Assembly (NCBI GenBank): GCA_002104905.1
Contig: MCFE01000065.1
Span: forward strand, 124,001 to 188,000
Reading direction: 5' to 3'
From: Basidiobolus meristosporus CBS 931.73
Taxonomy: Eukaryota > Fungi > Basidiobolomycota
DNA length: 64,000 bases
Part shown: positions 1-13,810 of the stretch, piece after piece
Position numbering within the stretch: position 1 is the stretch's first letter
How the letters are laid out: each line of letters begins with the position of its first letter
Made by a program: the position numbers and the translations under genes
The notes under the pieces: generated by a model
The model's database searches: none
Told to the model about the DNA's origin: nothing
Seen by the model: only the letters and a program-made list of their open reading frames with translations

Positions 1-1824
1 TAGTCAGACAATCATTTTTCCTGTTTCTGTACAATAAAATGACTCCACCCATTAGCCTCTGATATGCATACATGGGCTGGTTGCGAGAGATTTTCGATCA
101 ACCAAGCTAAATACATCGTGTAGACCCACTTCCTATAAATACGAACCAGGAAATTTGTTGGCGCCGGAAGGGTCTTACGATTGGTCACTTGGCAGAGATA
201 TCCCTTATTCAACCTACTGCGAAGATTACTCCGAATACTCGGGAATTTCTTCTATTCCATGAACCTGTTTATGTGTCCAGGGGTAACTGATGAACTAGCC
301 CGTATATTGCTTGGCCAAAAGAGGCTCAGTTGCAATCCGTTGCACCTCTGCAGCCACTGCTCTGGCAATGTCTGGATGCATATGCCTTTGAGTTCAGCGA
401 GTTTGATTTTGTATCCAGAATCAGGGGGGGTCCGGGGATTTTGTGCGGAAGCACCTCGCTTACCACTCTAATATAGATTAAGTGATGCGCAGGCCATAGT
501 GGAAATAACAACACACAGAGAAATCCCACCCGAAGTGGCGAAATAGGAGGCTATCGGCCACAAATATAAGAACCTTACCCAGCGGTTGTATTTGAGCGAA
601 GGAGCTTTTTGGTTGACTTTCACCAAGTCCATTAACTTCAGTATTTTGAGATGTGGCGAACACTGATCATGATCCTTGGAATTTACTCCGCTACTGTTCA
701 TTCAAGTCTAATTTTGCAGGACATGTTGCATCATAGGATCTGGGGTTCTGCTTCTCTGGGTGTGTATATTGAGGTGTTTGTTGGCGTTGCAGGCTATTTA
801 CATTCCTATGTTCGTAAGGTGTTTGCGCCGGACCAAGCAAAATTAAGTGGTATTCCCGAACCAAACCTATTTTCCCAAAGTATGTCCCTTTCATAACCCA
901 TTTCTAGTTCACCATCTTTAGAGTGCGTAAGACGGATCGGGTACGAAGCGAATGAATTCGGCTTGTGCCGCGAAGCAGGTGAGGTAGGTGCGTTTAGCGG
1001 GCAGAAACTCTGTTGAACCGGGGTTCACTTTGACTCTTGCCTGTTTAGCTCGGCACCTCTTGTGGGGGTGTAAGGATAAACCCAAAGACATTAGGTGTCT
1101 ATCGAGGGTCGACAAAATGTAAACTGGGATTATCTTGCAAACAAAGTCGCCGCTTTCCAAACATCCCAGGAAAATGCCTGCCCGTCCTATAATCCCATAA
1201 ACCCGACTCACCACCACGGGCTGTAATCGAAAGCAGCGGCCCTGCTCTTCTAGATTCTCGTAACCCAGTCGTAACAAATGTTGGAGATCCTCCTTGTAAA
1301 TACATAGCTATATATATATACAGATGTATTCAAAGATTTCGTTGATTTTGGTTTGCTGTTCTATTCCCTGCCATGCCTGACGATTTTATCAACCACAAAA
1401 TCTAATCAATCCCATTAAAGACTCAATGTGAATAACCTTTGCTCATACAAATCCTCGGATAAACTCGCTTGCTAGTCAATAGTAGGCTAAGGTTGGTGAT
1501 TAGAGTCAAACTGAGTCATGTGATCCTTGAGTCCTTGTTGCACAAACTGTAACAATAGCACTTGGATAGGTGGTTGTAGCTAGAGCTCAACCATTCTGTA
1601 CCTTCCAATTCCTAGCGTGATACTACGCTTGCTCTGACGCAAGATGAGTCACATCATGATTTCGGGAGCTTCTTTTGGATAGCGATAATCCTCTGCCATG
1701 ATTTTTGGCGATATTTTGCTACATAAATATGTGGGCTTCACAAACCGGCAGTGATTTGTTTGATCATTGGTGTAGTTTATTACTACTCTTTTCACTTGCT
1801 GTACCTCTACTTCACTCGTTGAAC

Positions 1825-2981
1825 ATGTCTTCCGGAAAATCTTACAACGTAGGCATTTTGGGTGCCACCGGTACCGTCGGACAGCGCTTCATCTCGCTTT
1901 TGGCCACTCACCCTGAATTCAAAGTCCATGCTCTTGGCGCGTCTGCTCGCTCGGCTGGAAAGCCATATCCCTCAGCAGTAAAGTGGAAGATGAGCTCCCC
2001 TATTCCAAAGTGCGTGCAAGAAATGACGGTCCATGTGTGCGATCCCAAATACTTTGAAGGATGCCACTTTGTTTTCTCCGGCCTTGATTCCGACGTTGCT
2101 GGAGAGATTGGTTAGTTCTTAATGTATGTGGATCTTTTCAGAGGCATCATCGTTAATCGCATATTTCCCCGGTTATTACAGAGAAGGCCTTCCAAGATGC
2201 TGATATCCCAGTGTTCTCCAACGCCAAAAATTACCGTATGGCCCCCGCTGTGCCGCTCATCGTTCCAACCGTAAACACTTCGCACTTCGATGTCATCCCA
2301 CAACAACGCGCCCTTTACAACACCAAGAAAGGATTTATTGTCACCAATGCCAACTGTTCCACCACTGGACTTACCGTCCCACTTAAGGCATTGCAAGATG
2401 CTTTCGGTCCTTTGGATAAGATTGCTGTCCAGACTATGCAAGCTATCTCTGGTGCCGGGTACCCCGGGGTTAGCTCATTGGACATCCTTGACAACGTTGT
2501 GCCATTCATTAGCGGTGAGGAGGACAAACTCGAGACTGAGCCATTGAAGATTCTTGGCTCAGTTGGAAGTGACGGTGCTAGCTTCCAAGAGCTTTCCCAA
2601 ACCACCATCTCGGCTCATTGCAACCGTGTTCCGGTTCTCGATGGACATCTTGAGTGCGTATCACTCAGCTTCCATCAAAAGCCCGCACCCACACCTGAGC
2701 AGGTAATCGAGGTGCTGGAGAAATACACATGCGAGGCACAGGCTTTGGGCTGCTATTCCGCCCCAGAGAAGGCAATCGTTTACGATCCCAGCAGCGATAG
2801 ACCACAGCCAAGACTTGACCGCGATAACTGCAAGGGCCAAACTGTTACCGTTGGCAGGGTCCGCAAATGTAATATCTTCGACATCAAATTTACTCTGCTA
2901 GTTCACAATACCATTCTCGGTGCCGCCGGTAGTGGTATCTTGAATGCCGAGGTAGCGGCCGCCAAGGGACTCTTTGATTAG
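1825..2981 (+). CDS. HOM2: Aspartate-semialdehyde dehydrogenase (fungal/archaeal type), 2 exons
   Basis: Motifs VGILGATGTVGQRF, SNAKNYRM, catalytic NANCSTTG, QAISGAGYPG, NRVPVLDGH and HNTILGAAGSGILNAE. Intron 2111-2181 (GTTAGT..TACAG) joins two ORFs in frame (VAGEI-EKAF). Confidence 0.96.
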
Positions 2982-4391
2982 AGAGCTGGACCCACACTCA
3001 CTGGCAACCCATTCATCCACACCCCTTTGATTAATAGAAATATGACGCAAGCAAAGTTTTCAAATCATTCAACCACTCTAAACCCATTGTAGTAATCTTT
3101 TTGGCATGGTGGCTTCACAGCGCTTAACCAGTTATTGTTTATTTCATATACTTAAGACGATATGAATGGCATTGAATAAACCCCTTGACCATGAAGCTAT
3201 CCACCCGCAACGGGATTTTTGTAAAGAAAGTGGGGTTGGTACCATCACAAATCAGCTGACCCAAGCCAGCTATTCGGATGTTTGCGAAGTTCGCCTCATG
3301 GCCTGTGATGCCGCGAGAACGGTGGCTGATCAGTGGAACGTGAAGGAAGCCCTTGCTGGCGGATTTAGATACTAAAATCTCAAGGTATTTGGTCAGGTGC
3401 ATTCCGCTTGGTCGTCGCATTGCTTGTTTAGTGGGTCAATTCTACCCAACTTGCCATTGGGAGAACCGACCCATATCGGGATTGTCTAGTTGGTGAGCGA
3501 ATGTTGTATTATTTAACCTCCACACGACAGCACCCTCCTCTAGATCATGTCACAGGCAGCACGCAATCTATTGCCGATATGAAGGATGTGCTTAAATGGA
3601 AACGAGGATAGACTGTTTTTAGGTGGCTAAGCAACCGTGGAGCATGGAATGATTGCTTCGGTTTGAGCCACTCGAATTAATCTATCTTCATTGCTGAATT
3701 GACTGGTAGCCATGGAATGATTATCCCAAACAGTTGAGTTTTGTCGTCACCATTTCCGAACAGTCTTTCTGACCGCATCCAACTCCGAAAAAGCTTAGCC
3801 CTCACTCATCTGGATTCTACGGCGGACCAGTCGACGGGTTTCGGACACCCCTGCACTCACGATGGTAATGGAAATGGCGATGCTGATGTCAAATCCTCCT
3901 CACCCTCCTTCTTCACCCGCTCCCCTTCGGCCCTCATCGGACTTAATATTTTTAGCCCAACTGATCGGACCGGATTATGGCTTCGGGTACGATCCACTCC
4001 CGCTGGCATCGTGGGACTGGTAAAAGGTAAAATCTAAATAGAATTTCTTTCTTGATTCGACCAATTCGGCAGCACCGAATCTAGAGTCAGGTGTGACATG
4101 ATCTTATGACTACGAGCTGATTTCGTTGCATTCCTCATTATCCATAGCGGCTTGCGATGTGAGCTGTCTGGGGACCAAGCCTGGAAGGGATACTGGGATG
4201 GCAGCAAATCACATGCAAGATGATGGGTTGTTTTCTCTGAAATTTGAGAATGCGAGTGGCCTTTTATGGAAAATGTACAAATTCGTGGTGGGTTATCAAG
4301 GAAAGAAAATGAAAACATTGCTGTTGGATGTGTATGAATACTGCCCGTAAATCAAGGGCCGGCTAGTTAATGTGTGGGAAGGAAGTAAGGC

Positions 4392-5469
4392 TTAGGTCAT
4401 GACTGAGAGACATTGGACCGGCCCAAAGGTCGGTGGGTGGGTGGAAAGGTACTCTTCGTAGGATGGAGGTGAAGGGAGGGCGTTGTAATCCGGCAATTCT
4501 TCAACCACGCCCTGGACCTCGGGGACGATGACAACTGGCAAGTCAATGTGAACATTCTCCAGCTTACCTCGCCAATCGACATCCACGCGAATGTGCAGTC
4601 GGTGGGTCACCTCAATGTATTTGTTCCGGCTATCGAACGTCTTGGTCATGGAGGGGATCTTTACGTTGATGACCCGCTGCCCCTCCCCCATGTGGTCTTC
4701 CTGACACCAGGTGAATGTCGCATCAAGTGGCTTCTCGTATTCACGAAGGATTGTATTGTGATCGCCTGGAGAGTAGTATACAATGCGCTCTTTAAGAATA
4801 CATGCAGTGAGCAGCACTCTTATAGTGTCGCTGAGGACACGATGTTGGAATCTCAAGGGAAACTCATCCCCTGGGGCTACCTCAGCGGTGGGGATGCAAA
4901 GGTAGTAGGACACAGCCTCTCTCCACACATCAGCTGCCTCTGTGATATACCGCTCACTAAGTAAAGCTGAGGTGTGGCGCCTCAGGTAGATTTGCTTCTC
5001 GGCTTTCAGGTTCGAATACATGATAGAAGTGTCGGCATAAGCTTTGAATTTATACTGTATGGAGCCGTACTCCGCTTTGACAGTTTCTGGAAGATCTCCG
5101 GGAAGGAACAGGGTGAAGTCCAGCTGGACTGGCTTACCACCCTCAAAGGTTTGGCCGCGCTCGTGACTTAGGAAACTCCATTCCCGCTGGAAAAATATCT
5201 CTTCGCTTCGACGAAAGTCTAAGGAAATATCAATAATATTAGTTACAATCCAGGAACATGCTTTCAACACCTGAGCGGTGTGAGAACTCACCTGTGGCTG
5301 TGGAGACTGTGTGCTTGCCCTCGAACTTCAGGTATAGCCTTTTGATTTTGATGTTGGAGATAGGGACCAGGCTCAAGTGTCCTTTGATGGTGCAACCAAT
5401 GGAGCTATCGAAGCCCTTGTAAAAAGTATCCTCTCTAAGGACGACATCGAACTGCACTTTTCTGGACAT
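4392..5469 (-). CDS. Alpha-arrestin (ART/Rod1-like ubiquitin ligase adaptor), 2 exons
   Basis: Arrestin-N pattern (IKGHLSL..IKIKRLYLKFEG; FLPGDLPETVKAEYGSIQYKFKA), arrestin-C pattern (IEVTHRLHIRV..IDLPVVI) and terminal LPDY and PPSY motifs. Intron 5219-5291 (GTGAGT..CCTTAG). Confidence 0.85.
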
Positions 5470-7125
5470 CGCAATGGACAATTAGAAGTACAATGAACTG
5501 GAGGAATCAATTAGTCAGTGATAGTGACTCTCAACTAACATCCCCATATCCCTACACACGCATTTATATGAATGACTGTACCTTAGTCCATCAAAAGGCG
5601 TCACTGCTCTCCAAATACGGCAAGGACCGGATGGGAATATTCATTGGTAAGCACGATGAATGAGTAATCGATCCAGAATCCATCTAATCTTGGATATAGG
5701 ATCATCCAAGACCAGCACCTGTTTAAACTAATAAAGCACAGCCGATTTTATTCCGTTCGGCCGTCATGAAGCTGTCATGCCTTCAGCGTCAAGATCCCGG
5801 CTATGCTTCGCCATGTGTCTGAATCTCGTCAACCCGAAAATCCACCTATCAGGAGCAGCGTTGATATCCAAAAGCGAATCACCATTGCTGAACATCCGTG
5901 TCACACCCACAAAATCAGGGAGAGGCCCTCACACCCCAAGCGTTGCCTAACCCATATGGGCCGCTCTCGTGGCAGTGGATTTATACGTGCATTTAATGCA
6001 CCAATTTCTCCTAAAAATGGTAAATTCCTTTTGCAAGCGAGCCACCATATTATATATATTAGCCGAGGTCACAAATCGTTGTGGGAGCAGTGAGCATTCG
6101 GGTATCCTGTTTCGAGCCTCCTCTGCGAGATCATAGCTTATTATACGCTGGCCTTGCGCATGCGAACATGCTAATAAAAAAACCGGATTGAAAACATGTT
6201 GAGGGCTGTCGAGAGCGAAGTCACACATATTGAAGGGTGGCCCATGAGAGGTCATTGGAGAGCAAGGGGAAAGGGGGTCAAAGAGACGGCGAGCATAGGC
6301 AGCAGTGGGCGAACTCTGTGCCAGGTGAGCCTCATCTGTCGCTACGAAGGAGGCTCCTCCTTAGCTTCGAGCCGTCTCAGACTACGGAGCAGCCAGTGGA
6401 GCATCGCACTTATCGAGGCCACCATCCTCCCCCGGCAGCAGATTCCAGCTGTCACCAGAACTTCAGACTTCGATTGGGAGGTAGTTCACACAGGATACTG
6501 CACTACTGGGTTTGGAGCAGGCTCCTGTGCGGTCAGATAGCCTTGTTTGCACACTAAACCGGATCAATCACCATTGCTAAATTTCTCCTGTCACAAAGGA
6601 GATCCTGATTGGATCACATCCTAAAGGAAAACCATGATGTAAACAAACAGCCATCATTCAAGTCCAGCGATGCCCCTCGCCACAAAACTATCGATATCCT
6701 GAAGAGAGCTGACACTTGATGTGGTCATTGCAGAACACAATCTCAGACTTGCCCTTTACATATCAACATTCACATGGCTGAGATGTTGCCTCAGACAGGG
6801 CCAAGGAACGGAATACCGAAGAATTAGTTCGTCACCAGGCCAATCAGAGAGTCGGTGGTTAGGAATCCATGCTTTTGGCCAGAAAAGTAGGTACAATTGG
6901 CATTTCCTCATCACCATCCAGCATGCAACCCTACACGATCCCATTATCGATTTAGTGATTCCGAGTTGGTCATGGTGTGCAGCGAGCAAAATTACCGGTT
7001 CCTTTTTTTTCACTCCAAATATATAAGTATTCGCTATAGGAAAGTTGAGTCCCCGCTTTGATTTCTCTCCAACTGTCCCAGATTGCGACCCCCCCCCTTC
7101 GACTTTGTAGACGTGCTTGTTACCC

Positions 7126-7619
7126 ATGGCTGCCAAACCAAAATCCACAAAGAGCTCCACCTCCAGCAAGAGTAAGAGTAGGGGAAAAGATAAGGAAAAG
7201 GATGAGAAGAAGCTTCTGTCCCCCAAGAAGAGCGATCAAACCCTACAAGGGGAAGCCCTTCCTAAAGTAACCTACACCCGTCCCCAAACCTTTGTTTACA
7301 TTCCCCACTAAACCTTTGTACCCAACAGCTGAACTTTGACACCCTCAACATGAATGTTCTCCGCAAATATAGACGCGTATTCAAGGTGAATGTGAAATCA
7401 CGCTCCAATCGGCCGGAATTGGTTGCAGCAGTTTCCAAGCACTTCGCCAGCCAGACAGTCAACGAGCACGAGACCATCTCTCTGTTCCTATATAGCGTCC
7501 ACAACAAAGGTCAGTTTCCCTTTCCAACCGCCTCTGCCTTCTCTCTATCAGTACTAAACCCCTTTGTAGATAAAATCTTGAAGCTGCCACCAAGTGCCAT
7601 TCCTTCGGAACAACCCTGA
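7126..7619 (+). CDS. SAP30: SAP30-like Sin3-associated protein (Sin3-binding domain), 3 exons
   Basis: LNFDTLNMNVLRKYRRVFKV..ELVAAVSKHFASQTVNEHETISLFLYSV matches the SAP30 Sin3-binding pattern. Lys-rich N-terminus. Introns 7267-7328 and 7510-7569. Confidence 0.8.
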
Positions 7620-9310
7620 AGATGTAATCGTCCAAGGTTATGTACAAACTCAGCCCAAACCACAGGATATGCCGCACGGCTGCCATTTTATTGTATATAC
7701 GGCCATAGATAAGGGTTTGTGCCGCACATATCCGTGTCAAGATAACTTGGCCACCCTCACCTCTAGCCCCTAGTCACTTGCAACTACTCTCCAATCGTAT
7801 TATTTATATAAAAACCCCTTTAATGTCTAAAGTCAGAGTGCTCCGTTCTTTCAGAGTTGATCGACAGTTGTCGGATGTAGCGACTTGAAAGGCCCATCTG
7901 GACGAGTGTCGGCAATTGCACAAATTGCAATTCACTTTCATCGCAAGTTAAATGGCGGGAAATGGTGGTGCTGGATCATACTACCTGTTTTAACTAACCC
8001 ATTTGCCCTGTGAAGCCATTGAGTAACCATGCACAGATGGATACACCCACCCTATCTCAATTACAATTGTCCCATTCTTAATCGAATCTTTATTTCAACA
8101 TCGTCATCGCTGCTGCAGCCCACAATCAATCGACCACGACAACGGCCATTTTCCCGGGTATACTATTTCCCAAGGTACTGTTCATCGCAATCATGATGCG
8201 ATGATTGTTATCCCAATCACCATGAAACAAATAGATTAATTGTCTAACACCAAATTTGTAAGTCACTGAAGGGTTTGATGAGGGGTGGTTGGTGCAAAGG
8301 GCACTGAGCCAAATCGGTTGATGGGCCAACCTAGTGCACACTGTTTTGTGACCATCAGCATTACCAGACTCATCAACATTCATCGCACATCTGAACATGA
8401 CCCAAGGCCAACCCCGACCACCTGAGCAAGTAGGTTGGATGTGTGTTGATACTGCATCGAAAGCTGATCATTGAGTGCGAGCCCAGCGTCTAGGCAGGTT
8501 GCACTCTAAGGGTCTATTCATAGATGCTTGAGTTGTCAGCAAACTGGCTATGCCCTGGGGGGGGGCGTTGCTTGCAGCAGAGTAGACACAGGTTTCATCA
8601 AAACCAAAGGCTTTACACTAAATGGTGGATTTCTCCAGGTTGGATGCGTGAATGGGCCGCTTCATGAAACACGAAGCTGTTGCGGTCTTCTCCTGATTGG
8701 TGACGCTGGGTGATGCCCAGCAGAATTATTACGATCAGCCACATCAATTGATATGCAAATGTTATCATCAGCCTCCTCTGGCCTCATTGATCATCTAATT
8801 CACCATTGTAATCCAAATAATTGCAGTCAGACGTGGGTAACCGCGCAATAGGTTAATTCGGTCGCCTGCTAATCCATGCTAATTTCTGCTAATAAACCAC
8901 TGCGGTATATGGTGATTGCGGATCACAACGAACTGGAGACGGGGTGTGGAGTACGCTCGTAGGCGAAACCGTGAAACATTGTTCATTGCAATATAGCTAA
9001 TAGGCACGCATGATGCCGGCTTTTGACGAGCATAATAGGTGATAGAGGTTGGGGTGGGAAATGCCAATTTTCCGGCACCAACCCTAATTTACTGAAATTC
9101 CCAAGTAATTTTCTTTTTTGTCAGGACCAATCTGCGTCTACACCTTCAATTAACCATCATTTAACCAACTAGTGAGCCTCTCTCTATTGCACCGCTCCAA
9201 ATTCGATCCTGTTGGCCTAATTGGCTTGATGTCGCTCTGTGGTTCCTGGCGAATCCTTACTGCCTCAACCATCTAGAGGCTATTTAAGTTCTCGAGCTAC
9301 GATCCGGTGT

Positions 9311-10300
9311 ATGCTTGTTTGTGAGATGTACATCAAAACTCCGAAAGTCGACACCGATGATTCAGAAAGAGATGGGCTTGGTTCGATGTACGACCATTCT
9401 AGAACGCATCTCCGAAAGAAGCTGAAACAGCTCAAACCGCAACTAGCACGCAGGGTGGATCTGTTGCTAAGTCCCGGCTTCGGTAACTCCAATTCGCCAG
9501 CCGTGAGCTCGTCTAAATCTTCAAAATTCCGCCGGTTCACCGACCATTTTCAGACGAAAGTTCTCCACAAGAAGACGCCGAAACGTACCATTTCGGCCCC
9601 TACTTTGGTTGTTGCTAGCTCATCTATGGATGCCATTCCCATCCGATTCCCAGCCAGAGAGCTAGCCCTGTCGCAACGCCCGGTAAGCGATGGATGGAGG
9701 CGAGATATGTACTCACTACCCAGGTCTACACATCACACTTATGCGTCTAGGATGCACCAGAGGAAACAAACAAGCACTCTGCTACCAAACACAACTGGCA
9801 GGCCAAAAAAAACCAAGGATGTTGAGCGTTCATTAACTCTTTCTTCTTTCAGGGAAGCTTACAGACCGGTACATTCAGTTAGTGTCGCCCGCAGAGGTAA
9901 ACGAAGCCACGACTCTATCTCCTTATATTCCCGCAGTGCAACTGAAGTCGAGGACCTCCCCACGAAATCATCCCCTGTTTCAGTGAATGGCCCTAGGGGA
10001 GAATATGGAGCGACCAAAAGAGCCGTTGAACGAGGCATCTACCCTGTTAACCCTACGCAGGAGGACAGAAAACGATACCATCAGGATGGTTCGTTTGAGT
10101 TAGAGACTCAACAAAGTTCCTACAGAAGCTCCATATACGATCTTTACAACTACGAAGATCAGGAATGCAAATGGACCTTGGCTAAGGAGAAACAAAAGGC
10201 ACGTGAGGCGGATGAGTATGAAACCGATTCTATGGATGTCCAGTATACTACATTACCTATGCTCCTGGAAGAACTCCGAAAATTGAGCATCACAACGTAG
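9311..10300 (+). CDS. Hypothetical Ser/Arg-rich, largely low-complexity protein
   Basis: About 330 open codons with protein-like composition and no recognised domain. Start uncertain (ATG at 9311 or 9326). Confidence 0.5.
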   Translation: MLVCEMYIKTPKVDTDDSERDGLGSMYDHSRTHLRKKLKQLKPQLARRVDLLLSPGFGNSNSPAVSSSKSSKFRRFTDHFQTKVLHKKTPKRTISAPTLVVASSSMDAIPIRFPARELALSQRPVSDGWRRDMYSLPRSTHHTYASRMHQRKQTSTLLPNTTGRPKKTKDVERSLTLSSFREAYRPVHSVSVARRGKRSHDSISLYSRSATEVEDLPTKSSPVSVNGPRGEYGATKRAVERGIYPVNPTQEDRKRYHQDGSFELETQQSSYRSSIYDLYNYEDQECKWTLAKEKQKAREADEYETDSMDVQYTTLPMLLEELRKLSITT

Positions 10301-10799
10301 TGCATACTGGAATGGAATGCAGGTTTCAATGCAATCGGCGAATAAAACTCGAGCTTACTGCCAACCACCTCATTGTTCAACTGGGTAGGATGCCTAAATA
10401 AGCTTCCAACTCCCTGACAAACCATGGTTGGCTGGTCCCATTAAAAGCTTTGAAGGTAGAGAGACTGGTACACCAGCTCAATAAGAAAGTCTTTTGGAAA
10501 TAACCTCCAACCTTGTAGTGTAATGGCTCTATCATGAATCAGGGTAGCTTATTTATCAGCTGTCTTGAGCTAAATATGCTGATACCAGTGACATGGTCTT
10601 CCACTTTTGACTTGGCTTGAAGTTTACATGAATGATGAGCAGCTGTTTGATTGATTTACTGGCTACAATCAGTGGTAGTAGGTTGGGAGCAAATGATAGT
10701 CAAAATTGAGACAAGAGGCTATGAAATTGGTTATATTGTGTTTGTCACAGAAGGCCGAACCAACATCCCTTAAATTCCACTCCAAACCATCTCATTATA

Positions 10800-13393
10800 A
10801 TGACTTCAATCCTCAATTTCTCCCGATGTAAATTCCCCAAGAGACCAAGCTCTGGGACGTCTGGAAAGCAGACCCAAATAAGGGTGAACTGCTTTGATGT
10901 GATTACTTTCCCAGGGGCCAGTATCTACCACTATGATGCCACCATAATCCCCGAGGTTCCTTCTGCACTATGTCGCCGCATATTTCAGCTGTTCGAGGAT
11001 CTGAACTGCAACAGTGCCCTTGGAGGGTACAAGCCTATCTACGATGGCCGCAAGAACATCTTCTCCCACAAGCCTCTTCCATTTGGTGATTATGGCTCTT
11101 TCATGGTATATGGCCAATGCTCATTTTTGGTTTGGTGTACGATGCTCTAACTGTATGGTTCCGACAGGTCACTCTACCTGAAGAATTAGGCAAGCTTTCC
11201 AAACGAGAGCCTCGCACTTTCACGTTGAAGCTGGTCAAGGTTGGCATTATTGTGATGGAGGAATTGGCTCAATACCTTGACGAAAAGATTGAGCTAACAT
11301 CCAACTGCCAGACTGCTATCATGGCCTTGGATATTCTTATTCGGCACCGACCCTCTATGCTGTACACCTCAGTAGGCAGCTCATTCTTCACCAGGGATGA
11401 TTCAAAGCCATTGGGCGGTGGTGTTGAGGTCTGGCAGGGATTCTACCAGTCCGCTCGGCCCACGCTCAAGAAAATGATGATCAACGTGGATGTCAACGCC
11501 GCCGCATTTTACCAGGCTGGACCGCTGATCCAAGAGGTGGTGAAGATTCTCGGCTATCGAGGTGTGGAGGATCTGAAAAAAGGGCTTACACCACGTGAGC
11601 ATGAGAAACTTGAGAAGGCGCTGAAGCATGTGTCAATCATGGTGGTTCATCGTGGCAGGGAGAATAGGAGGTACAAGATTCGAAGGCTGTCGTTGCGGGG
11701 ATCAGATCATGAGAAGTTCTCGATAGGCGACTCCATATCCGAAACATCCACCGTAGCCTCTTATTTCCAAAAGAGATACAACCTTCGGTTGATTTACCCG
11801 TTCCTGCCTTGCGTGGTGGCGAAAAAGAAGGAAATCATGTTTCCAATCGAGGTGTGTGAGATTGTCCCTGGCCAAAGATTCATCAGGAAACTTAACGAGA
11901 AGCAAACACAGGAAATGATTCGGTTCACTTGTCAGCCCCCGCACGTTCGCGCGAATAAGATTATTCAGGGCCTCAAAGTGCTGAACTATCGAGACAACGA
12001 GTACCTACAGCAGTTTGGAATGAAGGTCAGCAACGAAATGGCCGTAGTCAGCGCAAGGATATTGGATCCACCTACCGTCTGTTACAACGAAAATTCTAGA
12101 GAAGCCAGGCTTGTGCCCAGAGGAGGCGTGTGGAATCTACGAAATAAACGGGTTGCTTCGGGTGCAACCCTTAGCTCATGGGCCGTGGCGGTATTTGGGG
12201 CCCAGCGGGAGTTTTCGACTGGGGCAGTTCAGAAGTTTATCAAGGAATTGACCACCACGTGCCTGGATACTGGAATGAACATCACCCACCGTTCACCATC
12301 AATCACATATCTTTCGTCCTTGGTGGATGGAGCCAGCATCGAACAGGGATTGCTACAGGTGTGGTACAAAGCTGGCCAGGCGTCTAAGACTCGGCCTCAG
12401 CTCATTCTCTGCGTTCTCCCGAATACGGGTGCACAGCTGTACGGGGAGATCAAACGAATAAGTGATACGATCCTGGGTGTCACAACCCAATGCATCCAGG
12501 GAAAACACGTGTTCAAGCCGAACAAGCAGCTCTGTGCTAATGTGTGTCTAAAGATGAATGTCAAGCTGGGTGGAGTCAACTCGTATCTACTTCCTGATCA
12601 GATCCCGTTCATCTCAGACATACCCACTATTGTCTTTGGTGCGGATGTTACCCATCCTGGCCCTGGTGAAACTACCAGGCCATCCATTGCTGCTGTTGTT
12701 GCCTCGATGGATCGAAAGGTTTCGAAATATGCTTCCTGTGTGCGTGTTCAAGCTGCACGAACTGAAATCATCGCCGATCTCGCTGGCATGGTCAAAGAGT
12801 TGCTCCTAGCATTTTATAACACTAGTCGCCAGAAGCCAGCCCAAATACTGTTTTACAGAGATGGCGTTTCCGAAGGACAATTCGCTCACGTGCTTCACTC
12901 GGAGATTGCGGCAGTGCGCAGTGCGTGCAAATCTTTGGAGAAGGAATACCAGCCAAAGCTCACGTTCATAGTGGTTCAAAAACGGCATCATGCGCGCTTC
13001 TTCCCGTTGGACAAATCTCAAGCCGATCGTTCGGGGAATTGCATGCCTGGCACAGTGGTAGACACAGGCATTATCCAACCTTCCGAATACAATTTTTATT
13101 TGCAAAGCCACGCAGGGATTCAAGGAACCTCACGTTCCACACATTATCACGTACTTTATGATGATAACAATTTTACGTCCGATGGCTTGCAAGAGCTAAC
13201 CTATCGCCTATGCTATTTGTACGCACGATGTACAAGGTCGATTTCGATCGTTCCAGCCGCGTACTATGCGGACTTGGTTTGCACGAGGGCTAGGTATCAC
13301 TACCGGGATGGTACTGATGCCAACAACGAAAATGGCTCAATCAACCACGTCGCCATCAAGTCAGCACTACAAGACGTCATGTATTTTATGTAG
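10800..13393 (+). CDS. AGO: Argonaute (N-PAZ-MID-PIWI), 2 exons
   Basis: PKRPSSGTSGK N-terminus, YDGRKNIF, PAZ (TVASYFQKRY..LPCV..FPIEVC), MID (YGEIK..TQC..KMNVKLGG) and PIWI (GADVTHP, RDGVSEGQF, QKRHHARF, SHAGIQGTSR, YYADL). Intron 11106-11167. Confidence 0.97.
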
Positions 13394-13810
13394 TAATTCT
13401 GTGGCTACGTAGGCCGATGGCCTTACTGCTAAGTGGCCTACGGATTTCCCCAGCATCTGCCAACCATTGTCGAGAGAGTAAGGGAACAATAGGAAGTTCA
13501 GTTGAAAATAATATCTATTTCATTAAGCCTGTTGCATTTTGAGATAAGCCTTGGATTCTATTAAAATAACAAAATTTCAATAAAATGATATAAAATATAC
13601 CAACGGAGCCTTGGGCCTTCACTTCGAAACTCCATGACGCTAAAGTTGTTAACTATCTAGATGTCTCCACACAGCAACAATAATCGAGATCAGGGATTAT
13701 TTACACGCGGAATACCAATGCTTACAATTAGGGAGTAGATTATAATGGTGTATGGCAATATACAGTTGGCCGGGAAGAAGATTTTAGGTATCCGAAGCCA
13801 CAGGACTTGC

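Noticed and set aside
1-1305. Protein-like minus-strand frames at the window start
   Set aside because: Interrupted by several stops, with no recognisable motif and no consistent splice model.
8126-8720. NVDESG..VVVVD (DDE transposase-like) and WRNPPFS (DIRS methyltransferase-like) words in broken frames
   Set aside because: Isolated short motifs in different frames, with no supporting context, TIRs or neighbouring domains.
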